In this document: in pieces, positions 50,019 through 59,715 of the stretch
How positions within the stretch are numbered: position 1 is the first letter of the stretch
Layout of the letters: each line of letters starts with the position of its first letter
Assembly (NCBI GenBank): GCA_021399345.1
Contig: JAAFKI010000010.1
Coordinates: 1-64,000 of the forward strand
From: Candidatus Heimdallarchaeota archaeon
GTDB taxonomy: Archaea; Asgardarchaeota; Heimdallarchaeia; Heimdallarchaeales; Heimdallarchaeaceae
Direction of reading: 5' to 3'
DNA length: 64,000 nucleotides
Translations under genes and position numbers: made by a program
Notes under the pieces: model-generated
Database searches by the model: none
What the model was told of the DNA's origin: nothing
What the model saw: only the letters and a program-made list of their open reading frames with translations

Positions 50019-52070
50019 ATGTCTAAGGAAAAATGGGTTATCACTGCAGCATGGCCCTATGTTAATACAGTACCACATCTAGGAACAATGCTTCAATTAC
50101 TTAGTGGAGATGTTATTACTCGATACCACAAATTGAAAAAGCATGATGTTGTTTATGTTAGCGGATCTGACGCACATGGGACCCCAATTGCTATCGCTGC
50201 AGAAAGTGAAGGATTAAGGCCAGGTGATCTTGCCTTAAAGTACCATAATGCAATATTGGACCTGCTTGAAAAATGGAATATTAATTTTGATAGATATACA
50301 ATTACTAGCAATGAAACCCATGTTTCATTTGTGCAGGGATTCCATAAAAAAATTCATGAAAATGGTTTTTTCAATCTAAAAGAATCTGAACAACACTTCT
50401 GTGAAAAATGCAATAGATTCTTGCCTGATCGATTTGTTGAGGGAACGTGTCCTAAATGTGGTGTTAAAGGAGCAAGAGGAGATCAATGTACAAATCATGA
50501 ATGTGGGATTGTACTAAAACCAATAGATTTGATAGATCCATATTGTTCAACTTGTGGTTCTACACCAGTTCTCAAGAAAACCAAACATTGGTATTTTGAT
50601 TTACCAAAATTTTCCTCTGAACTGAAAGAGTTTGCAGAGAAAAACTCACACATACCTCCGTTTGCTAAGCAAAAAGTTCTTAGTATGATTGATGAAGGTC
50701 TGAAGGAACGGCCCATATCAAGAGATATGTCTTGGGGAATATCAGTTGGACCAATTTTCGGTGAAGAATTTGCAAAAAAGGTTCTTTATGTTTGGTTTGA
50801 GAATGTTCTAGGATATATCAGTACAGTGAAACTTCTCGCTGAAGAAGAGGGTAATCCCAAAAGATTTGAAGAATTATGGTTTGATAAGGATACTAAAACA
50901 GTATTTTGTATTGGTAAGGATAATATCATCTTTCATGCATTACTTTTTCCTGCTATGTTGTTAGCTACCAAAGATTCTTATCCACTACCACATGCTATAG
51001 CAACTACAAACTTTCTCATGTTTAAAGAAGGACCTTTTTCAAAATCAAAAGGAATAGGTATTTGGGGAGATGAAGCTATAGCTATCCTTTCAGCTGATTA
51101 TTGGAGGTATTATCTGATAGCTAATAGACCTGAACTTAAAGACTTCTATTTTGATTGGGATGAATTTGTGGGTTCAATAAATGTCGATTTGAACGATGTA
51201 ATAGGGAATTTTGTGCACAGAACCCTAACTTTTATAGCTCAACATTTTGACGCAAAGGTACCTCCAAGAGTAAACATAGATAAAACTGAGAAAAAACTCT
51301 TAGAACAAGTAGAAAATAACATTCTAGGTTACATAGAAGCAATGGATAATTTTAAGCTAAAAGATGCCGCAAATATTACAAGAAACATAGCTAGATTAGG
51401 CAATCAATATTTCTCCTCAACCGAACCCTGGCATTTGATAAAAACTGATAAAGAAAAAGCTGGTACTGTGTTGAATATTTCAGTCAAGATAGTAGAGATA
51501 CTTTCTGTACTTCTTTGGCCAATAACACCAGGTACTGCTGAGATTATATATTCAGCAATTGGTTTTAATGAAAATATCACAGATAAAGGAATAGACTGTC
51601 TTACTATAGATGATATAAACACTGGAAAGAAAACCCAAAAGATTCCTCCCGTGTTTGCTAAGGTAAAGGTAACGGATGTACAAAAACGATTAGTTAATTT
51701 TAGAAAACCAAATCCAACAGAAACTCAATTAGGTGATAATAAAATGGGAAAAATTAGTTTTGATGAATTCAAGAATGTACAACTAAAGGTTGCTACGATC
51801 TTAGAAGCAGAACATGTTGAAAAAAGCAAGAATTTAATCAAACTTCAAATTGATTTAGGCTCAGAAAAAAGACAGATATTAGCAGGCATTAAGAAATTCT
51901 ATGAACCAGAAGATCTTATTGGGAGACAGATTATTGTAGTAGTAAATTTGCAACCCGCTACCCTCATGCGTGAAAAGTCCAATGGCATGCTTTTAGCTGC
52001 TGATATTGATGGAGAACCAATTTTGTTAAATGTAGATAGAGAGGTACCGCCAGGTACAAGTATAACATGA
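50019..52070 (+). CDS. metG: Methionine--tRNA ligase with C-terminal Trbp111-like domain
   Basis: AWPYVN..PHLG, GSDAHG, Zn knuckles, ISRDMSWG, YVWF, GKDN and FSKS motifs; C-terminal OB fold. Confidence 0.97.
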   Translation: MSKEKWVITAAWPYVNTVPHLGTMLQLLSGDVITRYHKLKKHDVVYVSGSDAHGTPIAIAAESEGLRPGDLALKYHNAILDLLEKWNINFDRYTITSNETHVSFVQGFHKKIHENGFFNLKESEQHFCEKCNRFLPDRFVEGTCPKCGVKGARGDQCTNHECGIVLKPIDLIDPYCSTCGSTPVLKKTKHWYFDLPKFSSELKEFAEKNSHIPPFAKQKVLSMIDEGLKERPISRDMSWGISVGPIFGEEFAKKVLYVWFENVLGYISTVKLLAEEEGNPKRFEELWFDKDTKTVFCIGKDNIIFHALLFPAMLLATKDSYPLPHAIATTNFLMFKEGPFSKSKGIGIWGDEAIAILSADYWRYYLIANRPELKDFYFDWDEFVGSINVDLNDVIGNFVHRTLTFIAQHFDAKVPPRVNIDKTEKKLLEQVENNILGYIEAMDNFKLKDAANITRNIARLGNQYFSSTEPWHLIKTDKEKAGTVLNISVKIVEILSVLLWPITPGTAEIIYSAIGFNENITDKGIDCLTIDDINTGKKTQKIPPVFAKVKVTDVQKRLVNFRKPNPTETQLGDNKMGKISFDEFKNVQLKVATILEAEHVEKSKNLIKLQIDLGSEKRQILAGIKKFYEPEDLIGRQIIVVVNLQPATLMREKSNGMLLAADIDGEPILLNVDREVPPGTSIT

Positions 52071-52279
52071 TCTATCTCTAATAAAGACAAGACAACATTA
52101 AGTAATATCCCCAAATAGCTCACAAAACTGTGTAGAAGTGCTTTTAGCGCCTTTTTTTCCTTTATTTTTTTAGAAACATATATACGAGAAGACTATGCGA
52201 AAATAGAGAAGTATATTCCCCTAATATTACATCTCCTTTAAATAGAAATTGAGGAGGAAAACTAGAGGTGCAAAAAGGA

Positions 52280-52435
52280 ATGAAACTGGTTACAGTACAT
52301 CTACCCGATGAGTTTCTTCATGATTTGGATGAGCTTGTCAGACTTAAGAGATATCCTAATAGAAGTGAATGTATTAGAGTAGCAATTCGTGATTTGTTAA
52401 AGGAAGAAATGTGGAATAAAACCAATGCCTTTTAA
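52280..52435 (+). CDS. Ribbon-helix-helix transcription factor (CdrS/aCcr1-like); not in ORF track
   Basis: Translated by hand: MKLVTVHLPDEFLHDLDELVRLKRYPNRSECIRVAIRDLLKEEMWNKTNAF; GAGGTG upstream. Confidence 0.9.
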   Translation: MKLVTVHLPDEFLHDLDELVRLKRYPNRSECIRVAIRDLLKEEMWNKTNAF

Positions 52436-52467
52436 TCCACTCTATATCCTTCTTTCTTCTTAATTAA

Positions 52468-53106
52468 TCATAAATGTATTTGAAAAGCTCTGATGATTTT
52501 TTCATACAAAGATAAGTGAGTCCCAGCTGATTTTGTTTTCCTCTTTCTTATAAGTTCAATTAACTCATCAAGCGTTGTAATTTCTTGCTCTAGAATTGTA
52601 TATGCCATTCCAATATCTTTTACTCTATGAGAATCACTACCACCAGTAACGGGTAATTTAGCCTTTTCTGCCCATTTCTGTGCTTTTACATTAAAACTAT
52701 TAAAAGGAGATGCACCATTCATGGTTTCAACAACAATCTCTTTCAAGCCATAAATTTTCTTTCCTATACCTTTTCTAGTAAAATCAAATGGATGAGAAGC
52801 TATAGGGAGGCCATTCTGGTCATTTATTTTTTCTATAGTTTCCTCAATAGTCAAATACTTTTGAATTGTTTCTTTAATCCCCAATCCTATTATATGGCCA
52901 CTTTTAGTGGATATTTCTACACCAGGAATGATTATTAATTGATCATCATTATGTCCATTCTGGTGAAATTTGATAGAATTATGATCAGTTATCGCAAGTC
53001 CTGCTAGTCCTCTATTCTTTGCTTCTTTGATAATATCCTCTGGCTTGCTTTTACAATCATTTGAATAGTAACTATGAACGTGGAGATCAAAACGAATTTC
53101 TTTCAT
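52468..53106 (-). CDS. PHP-domain phosphoesterase
   Basis: DLHVHS, AITDHN, GVEIS, HPF and GGSDSH motifs. Confidence 0.9.
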   Translation of the reverse strand: MKEIRFDLHVHSYYSNDCKSKPEDIIKEAKNRGLAGLAITDHNSIKFHQNGHNDDQLIIIPGVEISTKSGHIIGLGIKETIQKYLTIEETIEKINDQNGLPIASHPFDFTRKGIGKKIYGLKEIVVETMNGASPFNSFNVKAQKWAEKAKLPVTGGSDSHRVKDIGMAYTILEQEITTLDELIELIRKRKTKSAGTHLSLYEKIIRAFQIHL

Positions 53107-53132
53107 TATAATCTGCCCCTTTCTAATTTCAA

Positions 53133-53780
53133 TTAATTCTCTTCTTGTTCATCATCAAAGATTAAGCGTTCAAGTTCATCCAAATCATGAATATCTACCA
53201 TATCCTCTTCATTTTCAAGTCCTACCCACAATTTATCTTTGTCTCCTTTTAGATCTCTCATTCTCTCTTCAAGGAACTTGTAAACAGTACTATGTTTTGA
53301 ACCATTAATGAGTTTAATAATACCTTCTCTGACAACTTGCAATACTCTCTGCTCAGAAATTATTCCAACTGTGTTTCCAAAAACAGAAATATATGAACCC
53401 GATGTTTGCTCGATTATGTTTCTAGTTTTTCCTTTTTGTCCAATAAGTCTTGATCTTACTTCTCTTAGAGCATTAGTTGAAGGCCCTACAAAATCTCTTA
53501 ATTGTAATAGATCAAAACCATAAGAGGAATTGTTAATCTGGTAAGCTTTCTGAGGACTAAACCCTCGTCCAATAGCTTTTACCATGTCTCTAGCTTTCCA
53601 CAAACTTATAGGGTCCTCTAATTCTTCCTCCTCTACTAAAATGATTACATCTCCGCTGTTACTGTCAATCATCAATTTTGTATCTGTAAGATCTTCTATC
53701 TTCTTTTTTGTGCTCCCTTTTGGTCCAATTAGTACAGCAATTCTTTCCACCGGGATTCTTACTAGAAATTCACTTGCCAT
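53133..53780 (-). CDS. KH-domain pre-rRNA processing protein (Dim2/Pno1)
   Basis: RIAVLIGPKG, AIGRGF, RLIGQKGKTR and HSTVYKFL motifs. Confidence 0.92.
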   Translation of the reverse strand: MASEFLVRIPVERIAVLIGPKGSTKKKIEDLTDTKLMIDSNSGDVIILVEEEELEDPISLWKARDMVKAIGRGFSPQKAYQINNSSYGFDLLQLRDFVGPSTNALREVRSRLIGQKGKTRNIIEQTSGSYISVFGNTVGIISEQRVLQVVREGIIKLINGSKHSTVYKFLEERMRDLKGDKDKLWVGLENEEDMVDIHDLDELERLIFDDEQEEN

Positions 53781-53791
53781 AATTTTTTCCT

Positions 53792-54592
53792 CTAGAATTC
53801 AATTGATTTTACCTTGGGACTTGGAAGAGTCCCAGTTATCTGTTCATAAATCTCGTCATTTGTGTCAGTTTCCACTCCTTGAGAAACAAAATATCTGTTA
53901 ATATTTGAAATATCTCTGTACAAGAAAGCAGGCGCATAAGGATGATCCAGAAGAACTGCTTGTGAAACATCAATAAAAACGGGATTTTTCTTATAGAAAA
54001 GAATATTATACTCACTTAAGTCAGCATGTATTAATCTCCCATCTTGATACATTCTGAACATCATATCTATTACATCAGAGTAGGTTTTATTTGCTTTCTT
54101 TAATTTTACATCTTTTAATAGAGGAGCAGCTTCTTGATTCTTTCCAATAAATTCCATTACTAATACATTCTTTGTAACAATTATGGGAGATGGAGCACGA
54201 ATGTTAACTTTCTCCATTCTTTTCAGATTTTTTAACTCCTTTCTAGCCCAAGTGTAAATAAAGGAATATGTACCCTTTTTATAACCTTTAAAACGTGGAT
54301 CTCCCTCTACATACATCCAATTTTTCTTAAATTCAGCTGTTGTTGTACGATAGATTTTGATAGCTAATTCTTCGTTCTTATACCCATATCCATGATAAAC
54401 ATTAGCTTCCTTCCCCGTTGAAACACAGAATCCTATGTCTTTAATAACACCATTATTCATTAATTTAACAATTAACATACTTGTTTGAAAATCAAAAACG
54501 CTCTCAATTACTTTAAGCGTATCCCTATCTTTCTCTCGGATACGTTCTTTGTCAATTCTTTCATCAAATTTGTCCATATTTTTATTTGACAT
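53792..54592 (-). CDS. rio1: RIO1 serine kinase/ATPase
   Basis: STGKEANVY, AIKIY, LIHADLSEYN and IDVSQAV motifs. Confidence 0.95.
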   Translation of the reverse strand: MSNKNMDKFDERIDKERIREKDRDTLKVIESVFDFQTSMLIVKLMNNGVIKDIGFCVSTGKEANVYHGYGYKNEELAIKIYRTTTAEFKKNWMYVEGDPRFKGYKKGTYSFIYTWARKELKNLKRMEKVNIRAPSPIIVTKNVLVMEFIGKNQEAAPLLKDVKLKKANKTYSDVIDMMFRMYQDGRLIHADLSEYNILFYKKNPVFIDVSQAVLLDHPYAPAFLYRDISNINRYFVSQGVETDTNDEIYEQITGTLPSPKVKSIEF

Positions 54593-54782
54593 ATACTTAT
54601 CACTTCTTCTTAATTTGAGAGCGAGTGTTTATCGACGCAGAGAAATATTCCCTAGGAGGCGATGAAAGATAATGTTGCTTTCACTAATGAATTCAATAGA
54701 AGCTAAATAAAATTATTGTTAAGCTTAAAAACCAATTAAAAAACATAAAAACAAAAATATTTGTCTTTTGAAATTCTTTTTG

Positions 54783-55151
54783 TTATATAACAAAGTCTTC
54801 AGGAATATGCTTATTATTAATCAACCATCTTACTTCATTTTTTCTGAAACGATGAACTAATTCACCCTTTTCATCAGGATTCATCCCATAAAATGGAAAG
54901 ATTATAACTATATCACCAACTCTGCACCACATTCTTTTTCTGTATTTACCAGGTATGCGAATTTGTCTTGTAAAACCATCTAAGCATTTAACTAGAAGGA
55001 TACTAGCTCCTAGTATTTGAAGAACTATCCCGAATATTTCCCCTTCTTTAGGAAGTTGTGCTCGGATGGCATCAGAATCTTCAGTAACCCAATCTCTTGC
55101 GCCTCTACCTTTTGGTTTCTTCTTAGGTTTAGTCGGTTTTCTATAACTCAA
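54783..55151 (-). CDS. eif1a: Translation initiation factor aIF-1A
   Basis: LPKEGEIFG...LG...CLDG..R..RIPGKYRKRMW...GD; TTG start. Confidence 0.93.
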   Translation of the reverse strand: MSYRKPTKPKKKPKGRGARDWVTEDSDAIRAQLPKEGEIFGIVLQILGASILLVKCLDGFTRQIRIPGKYRKRMWCRVGDIVIIFPFYGMNPDEKGELVHRFRKNEVRWLINNKHIPEDFVI

Positions 55152-55284
55152 ATCTTTACCTCAACCAGAGAAAGTGCAATAGCTTAAAATAGTTTTTGTT
55201 TAATTAAGAATTTCTTAGGTTTGAAAGACTTCCAGAACGAAACAAACAAAAAGGATAGTATAAAGATGGTGGTGAGGTACAAAG

Positions 55285-55695
55285 ATGAGCTATAAAGAAT
55301 TATTAGAACGAGCGCGTGGACAATTACCTGAAAAAGTGTTTGAACAATCACGATTTGAGATTCCTAAAATATCTTCTGTTGTTGAAGGAAACAAAACTTT
55401 CATTGTTAACATTAGAGATGTACTTACTGGAATTGATAGAGAGGCTAACCACTTTCTCAAATACATGGCAGGAGAGCTCGCAACTTCTGTTACAATGGAA
55501 GGATCTAGAGCTGTATTTGCTGGAAAACATGCCAAAGTAACACTGCAAACCTTACTTGAAAGATATGTAAAGGAATATGTTATCTGTGGAGAATGTGGAA
55601 AACCAGATACAAAACTAATCACAGAATCACGCATTTTAAGGAAAAGATGTGATGCTTGCGGAGCATCAACTGCAGTTAAGCCCCTTAGAAAATAA
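55285..55695 (+). CDS. eif2b: Translation initiation factor aIF-2 beta
   Basis: YKELLERA...RFEIP, ELAT and YVICGECGKPDT...CDACGA motifs. Confidence 0.95.
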   Translation: MSYKELLERARGQLPEKVFEQSRFEIPKISSVVEGNKTFIVNIRDVLTGIDREANHFLKYMAGELATSVTMEGSRAVFAGKHAKVTLQTLLERYVKEYVICGECGKPDTKLITESRILRKRCDACGASTAVKPLRK

Positions 55696-55718
55696 ACATC
55701 CTCAAGCTGGTTAATACG

Positions 55719-56036
55719 ATGACAATCTTCTTCATGAAAGTAATTGAGCAGAACAACGAAAGATTGATCGCTGCTTGTGATAAAGAAGTTATGGAAATGG
55801 AGTTAGATAGTCACGGAGTTAAGCTGAAAGTCAGTTCTAATTTTTACGGAAAAGAGCTAGTAACAGAGAAAGAATTTTTAGATTCCATCAAAAATTGTAC
55901 CTCTGCCAATGTAATTGGAATCAAAATCATTAAATTGCTTGTCGAGAACAGAATGATTCATGAAGATGCGGTTCTTTGGTTAAAACATCCAGAAAAAGCA
56001 AAAGAGAAAATAGGGCATGCCATCCTAATAACATAA
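55719..56036 (+). CDS. DUF424 family protein
   Basis: LIAACD...FYG...ANVIG; usual position between aIF2-beta and NMD3. Confidence 0.85.
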   Translation: MTIFFMKVIEQNNERLIAACDKEVMEMELDSHGVKLKVSSNFYGKELVTEKEFLDSIKNCTSANVIGIKIIKLLVENRMIHEDAVLWLKHPEKAKEKIGHAILIT

Positions 56037-56082
56037 GTAAAAAAACTCTTATTTTGTATAGAGGGAAGAAAAATATAGAAAG

Positions 56083-57186
56083 GTGAGTAGAATTTCGCAA
56101 AGTAGTCGTTTCTGTGCAATTTGTGGGACTAAAGAAAGTCCATTTTTAGAGAATCTTTGCGAAAAGTGTTTCAAAAAAGAGAACCCCTTAGAAATTGCAG
56201 TACAGAAGAAAATCAGTGTTGAAATATGTCCTATATGTAGATCCATAAGAATTCAGGGACCAGTGGTAGATACCTGGAAGGAAGAGGGTTTAGAAGCAAT
56301 TATTAGAGAAATGGTTGAAAGAAAGATTCTGGAGAACATATCTACAGATATAGCCTACAGTTACGAATTCGAAGACGATATCGAAGAAACTAAAATTATG
56401 AATTATGGTGTTAAAACGTTTGAAATTAGAACAACAATTAGGGCTAAACCTTATGAGGAATTCAGCGAGTTCGAACAAAGTTTTCAAACACGAATTAAGC
56501 TGATTAGAACTAGCTGTGATTTATGCTCAAAACACAAAGCAGGGTACTTTGAAGCAATTTTACAGGTTCGAGGAGAAAAGCGTAAACTAACTGAAATAGA
56601 GCAAGAGAATGTTGAAAACATCGTGAATCGAATGATGGAGCGTTACATAGATGCTAAGATGTCCTATATCATGGATTTAGAAACTGATAATGATGAGTTA
56701 ACATGCAAAGTAAGTACAAAATATCTTGCTGAAACTTTAGCCCGTGAAATAAAAAATGCCACAGCTGGTAAACTGAGTGTTGCTTATGAGCTCAAAACAA
56801 AGACTAGAGATGGTGTAGATGTTTACACAAATACTTACCTGGTTAGGCTGCCAGAATATTCTCTAGAAGATATACTTGAGTTTGAGAATAAAATGTGGGT
56901 AGTTAAGCAAGTTGCAGATTCACAAATGAAAATAGAATCACTAGACAATCATGAACAGAGAAAATTCGATAGGAAAAGAATAGAAAAAAGAGGAAAACAA
57001 TTAACTGAATCTGTTGTTCAAAGAGAATATTTGTTTGTCTCATCTGATGGTAAAAATGCTGCTATAATGGCTCTAGATAACTACGAAAACTTTGATGACA
57101 ACTTAGAACGCTTACCACCAAATAAACAGGTTGGAGAAGATATTCTTGGTTTCATCTACGAAGATAAAAACTACTACACTAAGTAA
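56083..57186 (+). CDS. nmd3: NMD3-family ribosome maturation protein
   Basis: Four CxxC pairs; GYFEAILQVR and TYLVRLP motifs; C-terminal SH3/OB region. Confidence 0.92.
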   Translation: MSRISQSSRFCAICGTKESPFLENLCEKCFKKENPLEIAVQKKISVEICPICRSIRIQGPVVDTWKEEGLEAIIREMVERKILENISTDIAYSYEFEDDIEETKIMNYGVKTFEIRTTIRAKPYEEFSEFEQSFQTRIKLIRTSCDLCSKHKAGYFEAILQVRGEKRKLTEIEQENVENIVNRMMERYIDAKMSYIMDLETDNDELTCKVSTKYLAETLAREIKNATAGKLSVAYELKTKTRDGVDVYTNTYLVRLPEYSLEDILEFENKMWVVKQVADSQMKIESLDNHEQRKFDRKRIEKRGKQLTESVVQREYLFVSSDGKNAAIMALDNYENFDDNLERLPPNKQVGEDILGFIYEDKNYYTK

Positions 57187-57245
57187 TTTAGAAATGCTTT
57201 CTGTATATTAGACAAGTTTTATACATTAGTATTTTTTTTCTAAAC

Positions 57246-59045
57246 TTGATAATAATGTCCGAGAAAGACATCTCTTGGGATTTATCAGAGATTTTTAAGG
57301 GAACTGATGACCCCAGAATAAATGAAAAAATAACAGATTTAGAAAAAAGATCTGAAGATTTTATTACAAAATATAAGGGAAAAATAATTTTTCCAGATTT
57401 TAAGTTTGAGAATTTGCTCGAACTAATACGAGCTCAAGAGAAATTTCAAGCTGATCTTTTTGAAATAAGTCAATATGCTAGATTATCCTTTTCAGGAAAT
57501 ATGACAATACCTGAATTTAGAGAACTGAATAACAAAGCTCAAGAATTTTCTGCTAAAATTAGAAAAAAACTAGCCTTCTTAGAAATAGATGTAGGAAAGT
57601 ATGTCTATGAGAACCAATCAGTTGTTCAAGATTCAGAGTTTGAAAATTACAAACACTATCTTGAGAATATTGTCCGCTCGTTTCCTCATAAACTATCAGA
57701 GATAGAAGAGCAAATAATAATTGACAAGGATCAGCACGGAGTAGTTGGTTGGCAAGATCTTCAATCAAAATGGCTAAACACAAGAATGTTTGCTGTAGAA
57801 GTTGAAGGGGAAATGAAACAACTTGCTTATGGAGAAGCTAATAGTTTGCTCTCACATCCGGATAAAGCAACAAGAATTTCAGCAAATAAGGCAATTTATG
57901 GTCTATTGGGTGAAGATCAAGAATTATTTTCATCGGCCATGCATCATATATGCAGCGATTGGGTTAAAATTTCAAAACGAAGAAACTATGACTCTCCTAT
58001 GCATCAAAGCCTCATAGCTAATGATGTAGATCAACAAACTATTGACAATCTAATGAAGGTCGTAGACGAATATTCTAAACTGTATAGACGTTATCTTAAA
58101 TTGAAGGCTAAATTGCTAGGTCTTCCCAAACTTGGTTGTGAGGATATAGTTGCACCCTTCCCAGATGTCCCAGATATGAAATATACTTGGGAAGATGCTC
58201 AGGAATTAATTCTCGAAGCATATGGTAAGTTTGATGAGGATTTCTTTTCTGTTGCAAATGATATGTTTGAAAGAAATCATGTTGACGCAAGTCCCAGATT
58301 TGGTAAACGCAATGGTGCTTTTTGTTCAACATGGTATAATGGAAAAACATCCTATATTCTTCAAACTTTTTCTGGAGCATTATCTAATGTTTACACTCTA
58401 GGTCATGAAATGGGGCATGCAGTTCATGGATATCTAGTAACCCGCGAACAAACCCTTGGAAATACCCGATACCCCATGGTTATTGCAGAAGTTGCTTCAA
58501 TCTTTGGTGAACTGCTTCTAACAGATCTTTTGTTATCTAGGGCAGAAACCAAAGAAGAGAAGAAAGCTATTTTGGGGAGAGTTTTAGATGGTGCAGGAAT
58601 GGCGACTTTTCAAGTAAGTGCAAGAGTATGGTTTGAGCAAAGCATGTACGATACGATAGAAAAAGGACAACTGCTAGATGGTAAAACAATCTCCAAACTT
58701 TGGACAACTGCTAGAGATAGAATCTATGGAGATGCAGTGGAATGGTTTGAGGAAATGGATTGGGAGTGGACAATGAAACCCCATTATTACAGATCAAATT
58801 TCAGATTTTATAATTACCCATATGTTTTCGCGCAAATGTTTGTGTATTCATTATACCAGCTGTATTTAGAAGAAGGAGGAAGTTTCATACCGAAATTGAA
58901 AGCAATTTTGAAAGCAGGGAGCAGTAAATCGCCAAAAGAATTTGGAGAATCAATGGGATTAGATATAACAAAACCTGATTTCTGGAAGCTGGGCATGAAG
59001 CAGTATGAAAGATTTATAGACGAATTAGAAAAAATAGTTAGTTGA
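57246..59045 (+). CDS. pepF: Oligoendopeptidase F (family M3B)
   Basis: WDLS, GKRNGAFC, HEMGH, AEVAS and PHYY...FYNYPY motifs. Confidence 0.92.
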   Translation: MIIMSEKDISWDLSEIFKGTDDPRINEKITDLEKRSEDFITKYKGKIIFPDFKFENLLELIRAQEKFQADLFEISQYARLSFSGNMTIPEFRELNNKAQEFSAKIRKKLAFLEIDVGKYVYENQSVVQDSEFENYKHYLENIVRSFPHKLSEIEEQIIIDKDQHGVVGWQDLQSKWLNTRMFAVEVEGEMKQLAYGEANSLLSHPDKATRISANKAIYGLLGEDQELFSSAMHHICSDWVKISKRRNYDSPMHQSLIANDVDQQTIDNLMKVVDEYSKLYRRYLKLKAKLLGLPKLGCEDIVAPFPDVPDMKYTWEDAQELILEAYGKFDEDFFSVANDMFERNHVDASPRFGKRNGAFCSTWYNGKTSYILQTFSGALSNVYTLGHEMGHAVHGYLVTREQTLGNTRYPMVIAEVASIFGELLLTDLLLSRAETKEEKKAILGRVLDGAGMATFQVSARVWFEQSMYDTIEKGQLLDGKTISKLWTTARDRIYGDAVEWFEEMDWEWTMKPHYYRSNFRFYNYPYVFAQMFVYSLYQLYLEEGGSFIPKLKAILKAGSSKSPKEFGESMGLDITKPDFWKLGMKQYERFIDELEKIVS

Positions 59046-59079
59046 AAATATAGGTACTTTCAACTTCTATTCTTGTTTC

Positions 59080-59592
59080 TTATTCAGTTTCTAATTGTTC
59101 TTTCAATTTCTCGCCAAATGCTTTAGCTTGTACAAGTTCTTCTTCAGTTGGGTGACCAATATTTTCTTTCTCTTTACCAAACATAATAATCGCTCCCTTG
59201 CAATAGAAACGCTCAGATATGATAGTTACTTGTTGTTTTTTGGTCAATATTTTTTCCATTGATTCAAACATAACTTCTTTTATTTTTTTGGGGACTTTCT
59301 TTTCAGTCATGGGATGAATATCATCTGGAGCTCCACTGGTAAAAAATAGAGCAACCTTCTTACCTGCAATGTTTTTTCGACTAAGCTTTTTCAAGTATCT
59401 AGCACCACCGAAACTGATACGCCCCATTATAACCCATGAACCTAAAACAATCAGATCATAATCTATTAGGTCTGGAATATTACGTTTGTCCCTAAATTCA
59501 ACTTCAAGCCCTTTTGCAATCTTTGATGCTACTTTTTCAGTGTTACCACTACGAGAATTATAAAGTACAATTGCTTTAACCATTGTTGTCAA
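59080..59592 (-). CDS. Flavodoxin-like protein
   Basis: YNSRSGNTEKVA, VLGS and ALFFTSG motifs. Confidence 0.85.
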   Translation of the reverse strand: MTTMVKAIVLYNSRSGNTEKVASKIAKGLEVEFRDKRNIPDLIDYDLIVLGSWVIMGRISFGGARYLKKLSRKNIAGKKVALFFTSGAPDDIHPMTEKKVPKKIKEVMFESMEKILTKKQQVTIISERFYCKGAIIMFGKEKENIGHPTEEELVQAKAFGEKLKEQLETE

Positions 59593-59715
59593 CCAAGTTG
59601 GATAAGTAAGAAATCAGTTATATAGATTTGCTAATCTTTTTGCATATTTATTGAAGGAAAAAGAAAAAACAAAGTTTATATTTTATGCAAATAGCAAGAA
59701 AGTAATCGAAATCAT

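Noticed and set aside
49718-50026. 102-aa ORF in frame with the upstream GT4 after a TGA (possible readthrough or selenocysteine)
   Set aside because: The GT4 is complete at its stop, the extension has no protein-like motif, and no convincing SECIS element is present
54655-54695. Resemblance to a fluoride riboswitch (GGCGATG...CTAATGA)
   Set aside because: It lacks the complementary TCGCC stem and pseudoknot partner, and no fluoride-related gene follows
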